The notes under the pieces are model-generated. The model did not search any database and was not told the DNA's origin. It saw only the letters and a list, made by a program, of their open reading frames with translations. Position numbers and translations under genes: made by a program. 64,000 nucleotides of DNA, taken from contig JBGTLG010000006.1 of the NCBI GenBank assembly GCA_041744215.1, forward strand, positions 96,001 through 160,000, read 5' to 3'. This stretch comes from Fimbriimonadales bacterium. GTDB lineage: Bacteria > Armatimonadota > Fimbriimonadia > Fimbriimonadales > ATM1. Below, one piece after another: positions 36,858 to 47,720 of the stretch. Position 1 is the first letter of the stretch; the number at the start of each line of letters is the position of its first letter.

Positions 36858-38995
36858 AGCTCCTCGAGCGCAATTACTTCATCGTCGATTCGTATTGCAT
36901 CGGCGTCTCTGCCGCTGACGCGATAAAGGGACGTCAGCCTGCGAGCAACCTGCTTTAGTTCGTCAAATCGAATCGACGCGATTCGCAAAGACTGGCCGCC
37001 CAACTCAAATTCGTATAACTCCGCAACGCCGCCGGTCATGCGTTTGATTTCACCGTAGGTCTTCTTGCGGTAATCGACCAAAATATTGTATGCGCCTTCC
37101 AGAGATGCAATCTCCTCGGTTCGGTCGCTCGCCTCTTTCGCCAAATCTGCCAAAAACATTCTTGCTTCAATGGTGTCAGTGCTAATCAACCAGGGAAGAG
37201 CGCGGATAGTGAAGTAGTTCGACGACTCCATTTCTACCAACTCGCTCGCAACGGTGGTAGCTCGCGGCACATCTCCGATAGATACGAAAAACTGGAATAA
37301 CTTTCTTTTGTAAAGCGGACTTGCAGGCGCGAGCGATGCGGCTCTTCCATAACTCGCTTCCGCTTGGGAGCCCAACTTTAGCGCAGCCAGAGCATCGGCA
37401 TAGAGCGCGTGGTTCGCAGCCGTTGGGCGGAGCCGGAGGGCTTCTTCGAGTAGCTGCTTCGCCTCATCTCGATCCCCACGCGCCTCGCCGTGCCGGCCAG
37501 CGGATTCAAGGGTCTCTGCGCGGGAGAGCAAAAGCCTTGAAAGCAAGGTCCTTCCCGTCGGATCGAGCGGTTGCCGCGACACATCGCGAAGTTGATTGAG
37601 TGCGCGATCGTACTCACCGTTGCGAATGAGCACCGTCGCGTGGAACAGACCACGATCGTTCGCTGCCGTCATTGCCATGTACCCGATCACGATGAACGAA
37701 AGAAGCGAAGCCGGCAGCAATCGCGCCCCCATCGTAGACCTCTCCGGCCGTGCGCCGTCCGGTGCAAGCAACAGTGCAAGGCCGATCAGTGCGAATACCG
37801 AAACTCCAAATCCGAAGTAACTGAACGACGACTCGACGAAAGCGTTTGCTCCACCGGCGACAACGCTGGCAACGATCCCATTGCGCAGAATGTTTTCACT
37901 CGAAGGAACTCCAGGATTCTGTCTCCACGCGAATGTAATCCACACGCCGATGAACGCGAATAGCGACAACACGCCGAACGCGCCAGTCTCGGCAGCCAGC
38001 TGGAGATAGGAATTGTGCGCGAGCGCGGAGCCCTGCGTGGTCGAGTACCTCGGAAACGCTGGGCTAAATGCGCCAATACCAACTCCGGCCACCGGATTCT
38101 CGCCGGCCATCTTCGCGGTGTCGATCCACAACTGTCGCCGAAAACCGACAGACTGCTCCGCTTCTGCGCCGGCGGCGAACACGCGGCTCGAACTCCCAGG
38201 TTCTGCGGATCGAGCGGGAGCGTACAGCAGCAAAAGAATCGCAGCAGTCGCTACGCCAAGCACGACCAACGGCGTGCACTCTTCCGCAGTCGGTCGCGAA
38301 CGCTTTTGAATCATCGAGGCCCCTACGAACGCCACTACCCCAACAAGCGCCGAAGCGAGACCTCCCTTGCTTGCGGTTAACCAGAGGGCGGCGAGGATCA
38401 GCGCACACCCAACGGCAACTGTCGTTCCGAGCGCCCTGCTTCGCGCAAAACTCATACTGAGCGCAACCCCTGCGGGAAGCGCCATTGATAAAAGGCTCGC
38501 TGCCGCGTTTGGATTTTGCCATCCTGCAAAGATGCGCCAGTTGGGCGCTGTTGCCGAGTTTTGGAGGTACTCCCATGCTCCAAACATCGCCATCACACAG
38601 CAACCTGCGAACCAGGCGGCGACCATAAGCCGTGGTCCATCGGAACGGCCAACTGCTGATACACAGACACCGATTGCTAAACAGTAAACGGTCCACCTGC
38701 AAAACTCAAGAATGGTGTCGTGCCGAAACTCGCTCCCGATCACCGATACAAACAGCGCGAGCCAAAAGAGCGTTAACGGCACGAGTAGCCGAGGCGCTGG
38801 CAACATGATGACGGTGTTGCGAAATGCGACAAGCAAGACAGCAGCGACAATGGGCACCGCGATAAGCAAGTGCTCGAGCATAACAGGAATCGCTCCCGTG
38901 TCCGTTGCTGCATCCAGCGAAAGCCTACCGCCAAAGACCGGTGCGAAGAACATCGCGACCATCAATAGCAGCAGCGGTGGCGCCGGCAGCTTCAC
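36854..38995 (-). CDS. O-antigen ligase family protein with C-terminal TPR-like region
   Basis: Many TM segments; NPN, TASKGG, GVGIGAF and AHNSYLQLAAETG motifs. Confidence 0.85.
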   Translation of the reverse strand: MKLPAPPLLLLMVAMFFAPVFGGRLSLDAATDTGAIPVMLEHLLIAVPIVAAVLLVAFRNTVIMLPAPRLLVPLTLFWLALFVSVIGSEFRHDTILEFCRWTVYCLAIGVCVSAVGRSDGPRLMVAAWFAGCCVMAMFGAWEYLQNSATAPNWRIFAGWQNPNAAASLLSMALPAGVALSMSFARSRALGTTVAVGCALILAALWLTASKGGLASALVGVVAFVGASMIQKRSRPTAEECTPLVVLGVATAAILLLLYAPARSAEPGSSSRVFAAGAEAEQSVGFRRQLWIDTAKMAGENPVAGVGIGAFSPAFPRYSTTQGSALAHNSYLQLAAETGAFGVLSLFAFIGVWITFAWRQNPGVPSSENILRNGIVASVVAGGANAFVESSFSYFGFGVSVFALIGLALLLAPDGARPERSTMGARLLPASLLSFIVIGYMAMTAANDRGLFHATVLIRNGEYDRALNQLRDVSRQPLDPTGRTLLSRLLLSRAETLESAGRHGEARGDRDEAKQLLEEALRLRPTAANHALYADALAALKLGSQAEASYGRAASLAPASPLYKRKLFQFFVSIGDVPRATTVASELVEMESSNYFTIRALPWLISTDTIEARMFLADLAKEASDRTEEIASLEGAYNILVDYRKKTYGEIKRMTGGVAELYEFELGGQSLRIASIRFDELKQVARRLTSLYRVSGRDADAIRIDDEVIALEEL

Positions 38996-39909
38996 AGCCG
39001 GCCCGTCCTGCGCTTGTAGTCATCAATTCGATTCTTAGTAACAAGCACCAGCCTTCGAAGCCACAAAAACCCTCGTGCCGCCACGACTGCAAAGGGCCGA
39101 AAAACGGGCGGGGTCTTTGGAAGGTAGTGCTTCCTATAGAACTGCATCATGCTTTTGTGAAACTGCACAATCATTTTGTTCGCAACCAAATCAGTGCTGC
39201 GGCCGATTGCATGAGTGACGATGGCATCGGGCAGGTAGGTCACACGAAACCCGTGCTCGTGCGCGCGATAACAAAGATCTACGTCCTCCATGTACATAAA
39301 GAATTGCTCGTCGAATCCTGATGTCGCTTCAAAGCACTCTCGCGTCATGCAGAATGCGGCACCGCTCACCCAGTCTACATCGCGCGGACAATCATGCGGC
39401 CAGTCTTGCATGAGATACTCGCGACTGTAACGATTCTTTGGAAAGATTTTTCCTAATGGTGTGTTGCGAAAAACCGCGGCGAGCGGTGTGGGAAATCGCC
39501 TGCATGAGTATTGCAAAGACCCGTCTGGGTTGAGCAACTTTGGGCCGACAATCCCGACATCCTTGTTTTGCTTCAGGTACTGAACGATCTTCGCCAATGC
39601 CCCTTCATGAACAATCGCGTCGCTGTTAAGGGGCATCAGAAACTCGCCGGTAGCTCCGCGCAATGCCGCATTGTGCCCGCCGCCAAAACCAAGGTTCACC
39701 TCTGATCGAAACAGCCGAACCCAAGGAAACTCGCGTTCGACCATGTCTGGGCTGTCATCGTGACTCGCATTGTCCCAAACAATCACCTCCAGCGAGACTT
39801 CTCCCTTCACCGCGTCCAAGCTGCAGAGACACTCGCGCAACTCGGCGCAAGTGTTCCAGCTGCAAATGGTTACACTAAGCTCTAAAGCCTGCATCCCACC
39901 CTCGCGCAC
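38992..39909 (-). CDS. glycosyltransferase family 2 (WbbL-like)
   Basis: DNASHD, NLGFGGGHN, LNSD, WVSGA and FFMYMEDVD motifs; start may be about 15 nt downstream. Confidence 0.9.
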   Translation of the reverse strand: MREGGMQALELSVTICSWNTCAELRECLCSLDAVKGEVSLEVIVWDNASHDDSPDMVEREFPWVRLFRSEVNLGFGGGHNAALRGATGEFLMPLNSDAIVHEGALAKIVQYLKQNKDVGIVGPKLLNPDGSLQYSCRRFPTPLAAVFRNTPLGKIFPKNRYSREYLMQDWPHDCPRDVDWVSGAAFCMTRECFEATSGFDEQFFMYMEDVDLCYRAHEHGFRVTYLPDAIVTHAIGRSTDLVANKMIVQFHKSMMQFYRKHYLPKTPPVFRPFAVVAARGFLWLRRLVLVTKNRIDDYKRRTGRL

Positions 39910-40735
39910 GTACGAACGCTCCAGTCTGTATCAGCAGGAAGAACACCCAAAAGAACGGGAAGTTCCATAAACGCACATGCCACTTGCGATAGTAGCGTAT
40001 AAGGCTGCGGTGCGATTCCCAGATCATAGACTTCCGTACCTGGCGCGTGCTGGCGCCGCCGTAGTGAATCAAACGCACCGCAGGTGTGTAACGGATAACC
40101 CAGCCTGCTCGATGTAAACGGTAAAGCAAATCGACTTCATTGAAGAAAATCGGGAATCGTTCGTCCATGAGGCCAATCTCATCAAGCGCGGCTTTTCGAT
40201 AAACGATAAATGTTCCCATGGGCTGCTCGATATCTGCTTCTGTTTCGTAATCGAAAAACCGCATTCGATAGGCGCCGAATACTTGGCTCATTGGAAAGAC
40301 TCGAGAAAGCCCGACAATGTCCCACAAAACAGAAAGCGGACGCGGGAATCCCCGGATACTCGGTTGCACGGTCATGTCAGGATTGAGAAACTTTCCTGTG
40401 AGCGCGCCAACTTTTGGATGTGTTCGAAACTCGCTCAAAGCCAGATCCAAAGAGTTGTCGACAAACTCTGTGTCTGCATTGAGCGTTAGCAATGCGTCTC
40501 CCTTTGCCTCTCGAAACGCGAGATTGTTGCCAGCTGCATATCCCATGTTTTTCGTTTGGGAGAACAATCGAACAAATGGAAATTCTTGAGACACCATTTG
40601 CGCCGAGCCATCTGTGCTCGCATTGTCCACTACGAGAATCTCATAGTTCTCTACGGGAGCAAATCGTTGGATGGATTCAAGACATCTTCGCAGATGCTCG
40701 CGCGTGTTCCAGTTTACGATGAGGATGCTGAGCAT
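39875..40735 (-). CDS. glycosyltransferase family 2 (WbbL-like)
   Basis: IVNWN, DNASTDG, NMGYAAGNN and FNEVD motifs. Confidence 0.9.
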   Translation of the reverse strand: MLSILIVNWNTREHLRRCLESIQRFAPVENYEILVVDNASTDGSAQMVSQEFPFVRLFSQTKNMGYAAGNNLAFREAKGDALLTLNADTEFVDNSLDLALSEFRTHPKVGALTGKFLNPDMTVQPSIRGFPRPLSVLWDIVGLSRVFPMSQVFGAYRMRFFDYETEADIEQPMGTFIVYRKAALDEIGLMDERFPIFFNEVDLLYRLHRAGWVIRYTPAVRLIHYGGASTRQVRKSMIWESHRSLIRYYRKWHVRLWNFPFFWVFFLLIQTGAFVRARGWDAGFRA

Positions 40736-40900
40736 GGCGAAAACTCGGGTTTTGGGAATCTTAGCCGATCATCTGCCGTATACACCTGAAGCCACAGCGT
40801 ACGCACGGAGGATTTGAGCGCTGAATTGCTATCGTGTCCGAGCACCGGGTACGCTAATACTCGCTTGAGGCTCGCGTAGGCCTTCGGCGTCGGAGGGAAA

Positions 40901-42673
40901 GTGCTGAGAAAGCTAACAACCATCACGATTGCCTGCCTTGTCGGAATTGGGACAATGGCATCACACGCAAGCGCGCAATCATCAAAAGTACAAGTTAAGG
41001 GCGAAACTGTTAACGTTCGCCAAGCTCCAAACACATCCAGCAGAGTCGTAACCACCGTATCCCGCGGAGCGACGGCAACCGTCGTCAGCCGCGAAGGCGC
41101 GTGGGCGAAACTGAAATTCTCCGATGGAAAGGTCGGATATGTCCGCAGAGACCTCCTTCAGGCCCACACAGGCTCCAGCACGACCCAGGCGTCGAACTCC
41201 GGATCAAGCCGAGTCGCGATCAAGGGCTCGACCGTCAATGTCCGCTCTAAGCCGAACACGACCAGCTCCGTCGTCCGCACAGCGGCGCAGGGGACCGTGG
41301 CCACCCTCATGGCCCGCGAAGGCGAGTGGGCAAAACTCAAATTTTCCGACGGCAAAGTCGGGTACGTCCGAAGAGACCTGCTGACTAGCAACGTCTCTAC
41401 CACGGCCGCCAGCCCGGCACCAGCCAAAGTCGCCATCAAGGCCGCCGCCGCGAACGTCCGTCGCGGCGCAGGAACCAGCTCCGCCGTCATGACGACCGTC
41501 ACCCAAGGGACAGTCGCCACGATCGTGAGCACTCAAGGCGAATGGGCCAAGCTTCAGTTCTCCGGCGGAACCGTCGGATGGGTGCGCCGCGATCTGCTCA
41601 CGAGCAACATCTCCAGCACCGCGTCGGGTCCCCAAATGGTAGTCACGCGAGTGCCGAACGTCATCGTTCGAAGTGGACCGAGCACCTCCACCCGGCAGGT
41701 GGCGAAAGTCGCCCGTGACACCGTCGCCACGGTCCTCTCCAGGGATGGCGAATGGACAAAACTCAGATTCCAAGGCGGGACGGTCGGCTATGTCCGGCGC
41801 GACCTCCTCGCCTCTGCGCCGCCCAACGGTAAACCGACCCATGCCGTTTCGGGCGAGAAAATCAACCACATTTCGACATCCCTCGTAAAGATCAACGCGA
41901 ACAACGTCTCTGTTCGCAGAGAGGCCAGCACCACTTCCCAGCGAGTGACCCAAGTCGATCGAGGCACAGTCGCTACAATCCTCGACCGCCAGGGCGCCTG
42001 GTACCGCGTGAAGTTCGAGCACGGAACCGTGGGATTCGTCCGAGGGGATCTCCTCAATCCGTTCACCCGAACGGGCTCCGGCTCACGCACCGCCTCCAGC
42101 GCCTACGTCGCTGCCAAGAGCGCGCCGAAGATCGCGGTCAACCCCAACGACGTCCTCGTGGTGGCTGAAGCCAAGCGAATGCTCGGCACACCCTACGTTT
42201 TTGCAAGCCACACCACGCGCGGCGTCGATTGCTCGGGCCTCGCGTACTACCTGTATCGAACCTTCGAAGGCGTCACATTGCCACGCACCTCGCGAGACAT
42301 GGCGAGCTACGGTGTCGCAGTCTCGAGAGAGAACGTGAGCCCCGGTGATCTCCTCTTCTTCCACACGAGGGGCAGCTCCCGCATCAACCACGTCGGCATC
42401 TATATCGGCGGTGGAAAGTTCATCCACTCGAGCAGTTCCGCGGGCAGAGTCGTCATCGGCAGTTGCGACGGAGGCTACTACAAAACGCGTCTCGCGGCTA
42501 TCCGACGAGTCAAGTCGACGCTCAAAAAGGCCGGCGGAGGCTCCTCAACGGCGCCTAAGCCTGCCGAAAGCAATCCCGAGCAGAAGCCAGAGCCCAAGCC
42601 CGAGTCGAAGCCAGCCGAGACCAAGGCCGACCCCGATCCCCCGTCAGACTTCGGTTCAGGCGACGGCGAATAG
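40901..42673 (+). CDS. secreted cell-wall hydrolase: five SH3b domains plus NlpC/P60
   Basis: Five repeats of NVR...GEWAKL.F..G.VG[YWF]VRRDLL; DCSGL and HVGIYIGGGKFIHSS motifs. Confidence 0.92.
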   Translation: MLRKLTTITIACLVGIGTMASHASAQSSKVQVKGETVNVRQAPNTSSRVVTTVSRGATATVVSREGAWAKLKFSDGKVGYVRRDLLQAHTGSSTTQASNSGSSRVAIKGSTVNVRSKPNTTSSVVRTAAQGTVATLMAREGEWAKLKFSDGKVGYVRRDLLTSNVSTTAASPAPAKVAIKAAAANVRRGAGTSSAVMTTVTQGTVATIVSTQGEWAKLQFSGGTVGWVRRDLLTSNISSTASGPQMVVTRVPNVIVRSGPSTSTRQVAKVARDTVATVLSRDGEWTKLRFQGGTVGYVRRDLLASAPPNGKPTHAVSGEKINHISTSLVKINANNVSVRREASTTSQRVTQVDRGTVATILDRQGAWYRVKFEHGTVGFVRGDLLNPFTRTGSGSRTASSAYVAAKSAPKIAVNPNDVLVVAEAKRMLGTPYVFASHTTRGVDCSGLAYYLYRTFEGVTLPRTSRDMASYGVAVSRENVSPGDLLFFHTRGSSRINHVGIYIGGGKFIHSSSSAGRVVIGSCDGGYYKTRLAAIRRVKSTLKKAGGGSSTAPKPAESNPEQKPEPKPESKPAETKADPDPPSDFGSGDGE

Positions 42674-42733
42674 CGATTGCCCGAGCTCAGGTTGAATTCA
42701 GAGGACCGAATGCCCCACAATGGGCGCGTAATC

Positions 42734-42809
42734 GCCCCGGTCGTCTAGCGGTTAGGACATCGCCCTTTCACGGCGAAGGTCGCGGGTTCGAATCCCGTCC
42801 GGGGTACCA
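42734..42809 (+). tRNA. tRNA-Glu (TTC)
   Basis: Acceptor stem GCCCCGG/CCGGGGT, anticodon loop CTTTCAC, GTTCGAATC T-loop and encoded CCA. Confidence 0.96.
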
Positions 42810-43067
42810 GTCCCACACTGATTCCTAACTAAGGAAGTGTGACGAGACTGAAGCGGAAGAGTGATCTCCAATGTGGAGCCCGCATTGTGCGCTGATAGCG
42901 GTCTTCGCGTTCTGGTCGTATCAGTTGAGTATTTCTTGATTGAACCCTCGCGGCTCACAGATCCGAACAACCAAACTCTCAAACGCGCGCTAACTACAAT
43001 GAAATGTGCGCGGGTAGCTGCTGCCAACAAGCAACAGATACGAGGATGGTGAGCGCTTGCCTCGCCA

Positions 43068-43775
43068 TCAACACCTCGCAGTTTTGCGCTTCTTGCCGAC
43101 GCGGCCCATTGAGGCGACTTTGCGGATGTACTCCGGCGCGAAGGGGACCTTGCACGCCGTATCCCCCATATCCACCTTCACCTTGCCAATCTTCTCTCCA
43201 GCGCGCAGAGCCTCGTCGGCTAGATCAAGAACATAGGTTCCGAGTGCGATCACGAAGCTATTCATTTTGTAGCGCACTCGGTCCGGCTGGTCGTGGATGG
43301 TCGAAGAAACGCGCCCCAACAACCTCCTCAGCGCTGGGATGTCCAGGTCGGCGTCGTCTCTCACCGCGACCACGCTAGACAGCGTCCCCCAGCCTACGAC
43401 CGCGACCTTCTCCTCTGAGGAGTCGATCCACTCGAGCCCGAGGTCCCAACCGTGCGGGCCGTCTGCCGCAACCCAGGCTACTGCGAACTCGGCGACCACG
43501 TCGCTATCGGCTTTCCCGAGCCAGCCGCGCAGATCATCCTTCGACATCTTCTTTTCGTCGGCGATCAGCCCGGCCAGGTACATCGCGTCGTACACCCCGG
43601 TGTCGAACAGGTCGAGCGCGAGTTGGTAGTCCTTCTTGATCGCCTTCTGGTACTTCTTAAGCTCCTCGACCTTCACGCCGAAGAGCGGCCCTGTGACACC
43701 GTGGTTGCGTAAGACACGGCGGTAGCCCTCGGTACCGAGAGGCTCAATCTCTGAGATGATCTGTTGTGCGGTCAT
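43068..43775 (-). CDS. DNA alkylation repair protein (AlkD-like)
   Basis: FGVKVEELK...LALDLFDTG.YDAMYLAG and C-terminal TACKVP...KKRKTARC. Confidence 0.8.
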   Translation of the reverse strand: MTAQQIISEIEPLGTEGYRRVLRNHGVTGPLFGVKVEELKKYQKAIKKDYQLALDLFDTGVYDAMYLAGLIADEKKMSKDDLRGWLGKADSDVVAEFAVAWVAADGPHGWDLGLEWIDSSEEKVAVVGWGTLSSVVAVRDDADLDIPALRRLLGRVSSTIHDQPDRVRYKMNSFVIALGTYVLDLADEALRAGEKIGKVKVDMGDTACKVPFAPEYIRKVASMGRVGKKRKTARC

Positions 43776-44068
43776 GGGTGGAGTCCGGATCAGATTGTCA
43801 TCCAATTGTATCCCTTTTGTGATACCCTCGAACGCTACCCGCCGCTCTGCGCTGGAACTGCTTCGTACCGTTCTCGTCGCGGTCCCATGTTGTCAAACGC
43901 CGAACAGCGGACAAGTGCGGATGAAACAGAGCATATCGACAATCCGATTCAGGCTAAGAAGCACGTCGGCGGTGTTCGGGCGCAGCATGTCGCTGACTTG
44001 CACGAAAGGCGATTTCGGCGCACAGACCCTCTTCCCTCGTTAGGTACCATCGCCTCGAAGGTATTCAA

Positions 44069-46972
44069 CTGGACTATCCAACTGGAACGGTTACTTTCCT
44101 CTTTACCGACATAGAGGGGAGCACGAAGCTTTGGGAAAACCAAAGCGCGAATATGCAGTTTGCGCTAAGGCGTCATGACGAAATCATAAGATCGGCGATC
44201 GTGGCGCAAAAAGGCGTTGTCTTCAAAACTGTCGGCGATGCATTCTGCGCTGCCTTTTGGACGGCGCCAGACGCGGTCGGGGCGATGGTCGAAGCTCAAC
44301 AGTCTCTTGCCGCAGAGCGTTGGCCGGACTCAATGGAGATTAAGGTGCGAATGGCGCTTCATACCGGTGTGGTTGATTTTCGCGACGGCGACTATTTCGG
44401 CAGAACTCTCAACCGTTTGGCCCGACTCCTTGCCATCGGACACGGAGGCCAATGCCTGATCTCGGAGAGCACTCAGGTTCTCCTAAAGGGTGACTCAGCG
44501 AACTTCAATGTCAGACCCATGGGCCTGCACCGGCTGAAGGATCTTGAGAACCCGGAAACGGTGTTCCAGGTGGATTGGAACAGCGACGCACAGGACTTTC
44601 CGCCCCTTCGCTCACTCGATAGCGACGAGTTTCCAAACAACCTTCCTGTCCAAACTACAAGTTTCGTTGGCAGAGAGCAAGAACTTGAGCAAGTGCTCAA
44701 TCTGATGGAGCGTACTCACTTGCTGACATTGACAGGTGCGGGCGGCTGCGGCAAGTCGAGACTTGCACTGCAAACTGCAGCAGAACTAACCGCAAGGTTC
44801 TCCGACGGGATTTGGTTCGTCGAGATCGCCCCACTCCAAGACGGAGACCTCGTCGCACAAACCATCGCTGGAGTTCTCAAGCTAAGTGTGGGACAGGGGC
44901 AGAACGTGCTCGATGTGCTCTGCACAAACCTTAAGTCCAAGGAAACCCTGCTGGTTCTGGACAACTGCGAGCACGTCATTGCTGACTGCGCAAGAATCGC
45001 CGATGCATTGCTGCGTTCGTGCAAGTCTCTGAGGATTCTCTGCACCAGCCGCGAACCGCTTACCATAAGTGGCGAGGTGACATACCGCGTTCCATCGCTG
45101 TCCGTGCCGAGTCAGCCCTTCCTCGCCACTGAAGAGAACCTCGGACAGTACGCGTCGGTGCAACTCTTTATCGACAGGGCATTGGCAATCGACCCTAGCT
45201 TTGCTGTGACCAATGACAACGCGCCGTCACTTGCCGATATCTGCTTCCGCCTCGATGGCATCCCGCTCGCCATCGAGCTGGCCGCCGCTCGCATTCGCTC
45301 CTTTTCGTTGGAGGAGATTAGGGCCCGCCTAAATGACAGCTTCAAACTGTTGACCGGCGGAAGTCGGACGGCGCTGCCTCGGCAGCAGACGCTGCGTTCA
45401 CTGATCGACTGGTCGTACGACTTGCTCAGCGAACCGGAAAAAATACTCTTCGCCCGATTGTCATGCTTTTCTGGAAGCTGGTCAATGGAAGCGGCAGAGG
45501 CGATCTGTGGCGATCGCGCTGTGGCCGACATCGGTGTCGTCGATCTCCTCTCGGCTCTCGTGGACAAAAGCTTGGTCGTCGCTCTGCCCCGCCCCACGGG
45601 CACGCGGTTCAGGTTTCTCGAGACGATCAGACAGTATGCGAGCGAGTGCCTCGAGCGCGGCAGCGAAAGAGATGACATGATCCGGCGGCACATCGAGTAC
45701 TTCATTGAATTCGTCTGCGACGGCCGAACTAAGCTCGAGGGACCGGACTGCTCGATATGGCGGGTGCGTTACGACGACGATATCGACAACATTCGATCGG
45801 CATTCCATCACTGCCTTGCCGACCCAAAAGGCGGCGAGAACGCTTGCAAGATTGCAGGAGACTTTGGAACGTACTTCTACCACCGTGGGCTCATAACCGA
45901 AGGCATCGATGTGATGCAGCGTGCCATCACTCACTCGGCCGACACCCCCCACATCAAGCCGCGATTGTCGGCACATAACGTTGGAGGATGGCTCGCACAT
46001 ACCGCCAACAACACAGAACTGGCCGAATCTTTCTGGACAGACCTCATGGGGTTGGCGGTCGGCCATGAACCAGAAATGGTCGCAGCTGCTCGCAACGGTC
46101 TCGGTCTCGTTTGCTCCCAGCATCGTCAAGAGTATTCGTTGGCGCTTGAGCACTTCGAAGAAACGCTGCGCGTGGCCCATACTGTTGGAAGGACTCCGTC
46201 GATTCCGCTGATGAACATGGGTGACACACTCATGCGCATGGGAGAATACGACCGCGCCGAGGAGAAGCTAGAGGAGGGTATGAGAGTATGCATACAGCAT
46301 GAACTGACGGAGTCGCTCCTCACAACACGATTCGCGCTGGGCCTCGTCCAGATGCACCGAGGCAACTTCGAGGAGGCGCACCAGTTGTTCGATCAGGTTA
46401 TAGCCGACGCGCGGCACGGTGGATTTCTTGTTCGCCTATACGACGCGCTGGTGGCAAATGCCGACGCTTTGCTTGCAATGGGGGGGGCACAACAAGCACT
46501 CGAGGTGCTCGATGATGCCAACGCCGTTTGGGAAGCGCAAGACGTTGGCGGATACGATCTGGAGTGTCAGGCCGTGAGAGTTCGCACGCTCGCCAGCCTG
46601 GGCCGAGTGGAAGAGGCGAAAGCAACCTTCGCCTACGCGCACCGCTCTTTACCCAACATGCATCAGCCTATGTCTCAATATCTCTTCTTCGACGCCGCCG
46701 CGCATCTAGCTCTCGCCACTGGGAAACATACTTTGACCGCAGAACTCCAAGGCGCAGCGCAAGCAATCTCAGACAGTTGGGCCGAGTATCTGCACGTGGA
46801 CCTGAAGCTTCGATTCGATGCGCTGGCAGATAAGCTCAAGGACACTTTGGGACAGCCGGCATACCAGGATTCACTCGCAGCCGGAGCGACAACCTCGCCG
46901 GCTGAAATCGCATCACGTCTTCTCGACGCTAAGCAAACCGCGGACACGATGCTGGATCCAAGCTCAGTCTGA
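44069..46972 (+). CDS. class III nucleotide cyclase - STAND/NB-ARC NTPase - TPR protein (probable CTG start)
   Basis: In-frame upstream extension PTGTVTFLFTDIEGST; KTVGD, DYFG..LNR.AR, GAGGCGKS, LDNCEH and LDGIPLAIELAAAR motifs; TPR repeats. Confidence 0.85.
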   Translation: MDYPTGTVTFLFTDIEGSTKLWENQSANMQFALRRHDEIIRSAIVAQKGVVFKTVGDAFCAAFWTAPDAVGAMVEAQQSLAAERWPDSMEIKVRMALHTGVVDFRDGDYFGRTLNRLARLLAIGHGGQCLISESTQVLLKGDSANFNVRPMGLHRLKDLENPETVFQVDWNSDAQDFPPLRSLDSDEFPNNLPVQTTSFVGREQELEQVLNLMERTHLLTLTGAGGCGKSRLALQTAAELTARFSDGIWFVEIAPLQDGDLVAQTIAGVLKLSVGQGQNVLDVLCTNLKSKETLLVLDNCEHVIADCARIADALLRSCKSLRILCTSREPLTISGEVTYRVPSLSVPSQPFLATEENLGQYASVQLFIDRALAIDPSFAVTNDNAPSLADICFRLDGIPLAIELAAARIRSFSLEEIRARLNDSFKLLTGGSRTALPRQQTLRSLIDWSYDLLSEPEKILFARLSCFSGSWSMEAAEAICGDRAVADIGVVDLLSALVDKSLVVALPRPTGTRFRFLETIRQYASECLERGSERDDMIRRHIEYFIEFVCDGRTKLEGPDCSIWRVRYDDDIDNIRSAFHHCLADPKGGENACKIAGDFGTYFYHRGLITEGIDVMQRAITHSADTPHIKPRLSAHNVGGWLAHTANNTELAESFWTDLMGLAVGHEPEMVAAARNGLGLVCSQHRQEYSLALEHFEETLRVAHTVGRTPSIPLMNMGDTLMRMGEYDRAEEKLEEGMRVCIQHELTESLLTTRFALGLVQMHRGNFEEAHQLFDQVIADARHGGFLVRLYDALVANADALLAMGGAQQALEVLDDANAVWEAQDVGGYDLECQAVRVRTLASLGRVEEAKATFAYAHRSLPNMHQPMSQYLFFDAAAHLALATGKHTLTAELQGAAQAISDSWAEYLHVDLKLRFDALADKLKDTLGQPAYQDSLAAGATTSPAEIASRLLDAKQTADTMLDPSSV

Positions 46973-47086
46973 GCCTGTCGCCCACAGTGGCAATCCCGGC
47001 CGTTCGAGTCCCAAAGTTTTGGCGGCAACCGCGACAATGAAAAGTGCACGCTCACAGCGCAACAAGCTCGGTGGTAGAGTGTACGC

Positions 47087-47506
47087 ATGGCCAAGACCCA
47101 AGCGCCCGCGACTCCAGAGGAATACATCGCACAGCTCGATGAGCCCAGACGCTCGCACATCCAGGCGATCTACGACTTAGTTAGAGAAGCAGCGCCGGAG
47201 CTAGAGCCCTGGATGGTCGCCGGAAAAATCGGATTTGGCAAGTTGATGTATCAAGGCAAGAGCAAAAAGTGCGCGGGCGAGTGGTTTAAGCTCGGTCTCG
47301 CCAGCAACAAGAACACGATCATGTTCGCGACCTGCGCAGTGGTGGACGGCAAAAACCTCGCCGAAGTTTATGCCCCGAAGCTGCCCAAAGCCGATGTCGG
47401 CCGTAGCTGCATCAATTTCCGCAAGTTCGAAGACGCGGATCTGGACGTGCTGCGAGAAATCGCCCAGAAAACGGCCAAAGCGGACTTCTCGAATTGGCTG
47501 ATGTGA
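47087..47506 (+). CDS. DUF1801 domain protein
   Basis: TPEEYIAQL..PRR, IGFG and GRSCINF motifs. Confidence 0.8.
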   Translation: MAKTQAPATPEEYIAQLDEPRRSHIQAIYDLVREAAPELEPWMVAGKIGFGKLMYQGKSKKCAGEWFKLGLASNKNTIMFATCAVVDGKNLAEVYAPKLPKADVGRSCINFRKFEDADLDVLREIAQKTAKADFSNWLM

Positions 47507-47720
47507 AGGCGGCCCAGAGACCGCTCGATGCCAGAACCTCAAAATCACGGTGATCAGCGTGAAGGGCAAAGGGGTGAATGGGGCTCAGTCGTGCTTCCGG
47601 ATGAAAAGCCGGGCAAGTGAGGAAGCAGGGCACGGTCGTGCGCCGCGTCCTCACCAGCGTCCCAGAATCAAATGCAAGTAATCAGATCAGGGCAGGAAAT
47701 CCTCCGAGTTCTGACGTCAA

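Noticed and set aside
40980-42060. Internal DNA repeats of about 220 bp
   Set aside because: Explained by the five SH3b domains of the NlpC/P60 protein.
44069-46972. Avs-type or CBASS-like anti-phage system
   Set aside because: The cyclase-NB-ARC-TPR architecture matches a common signalling/regulator family, and no effector or defence neighbours are present.
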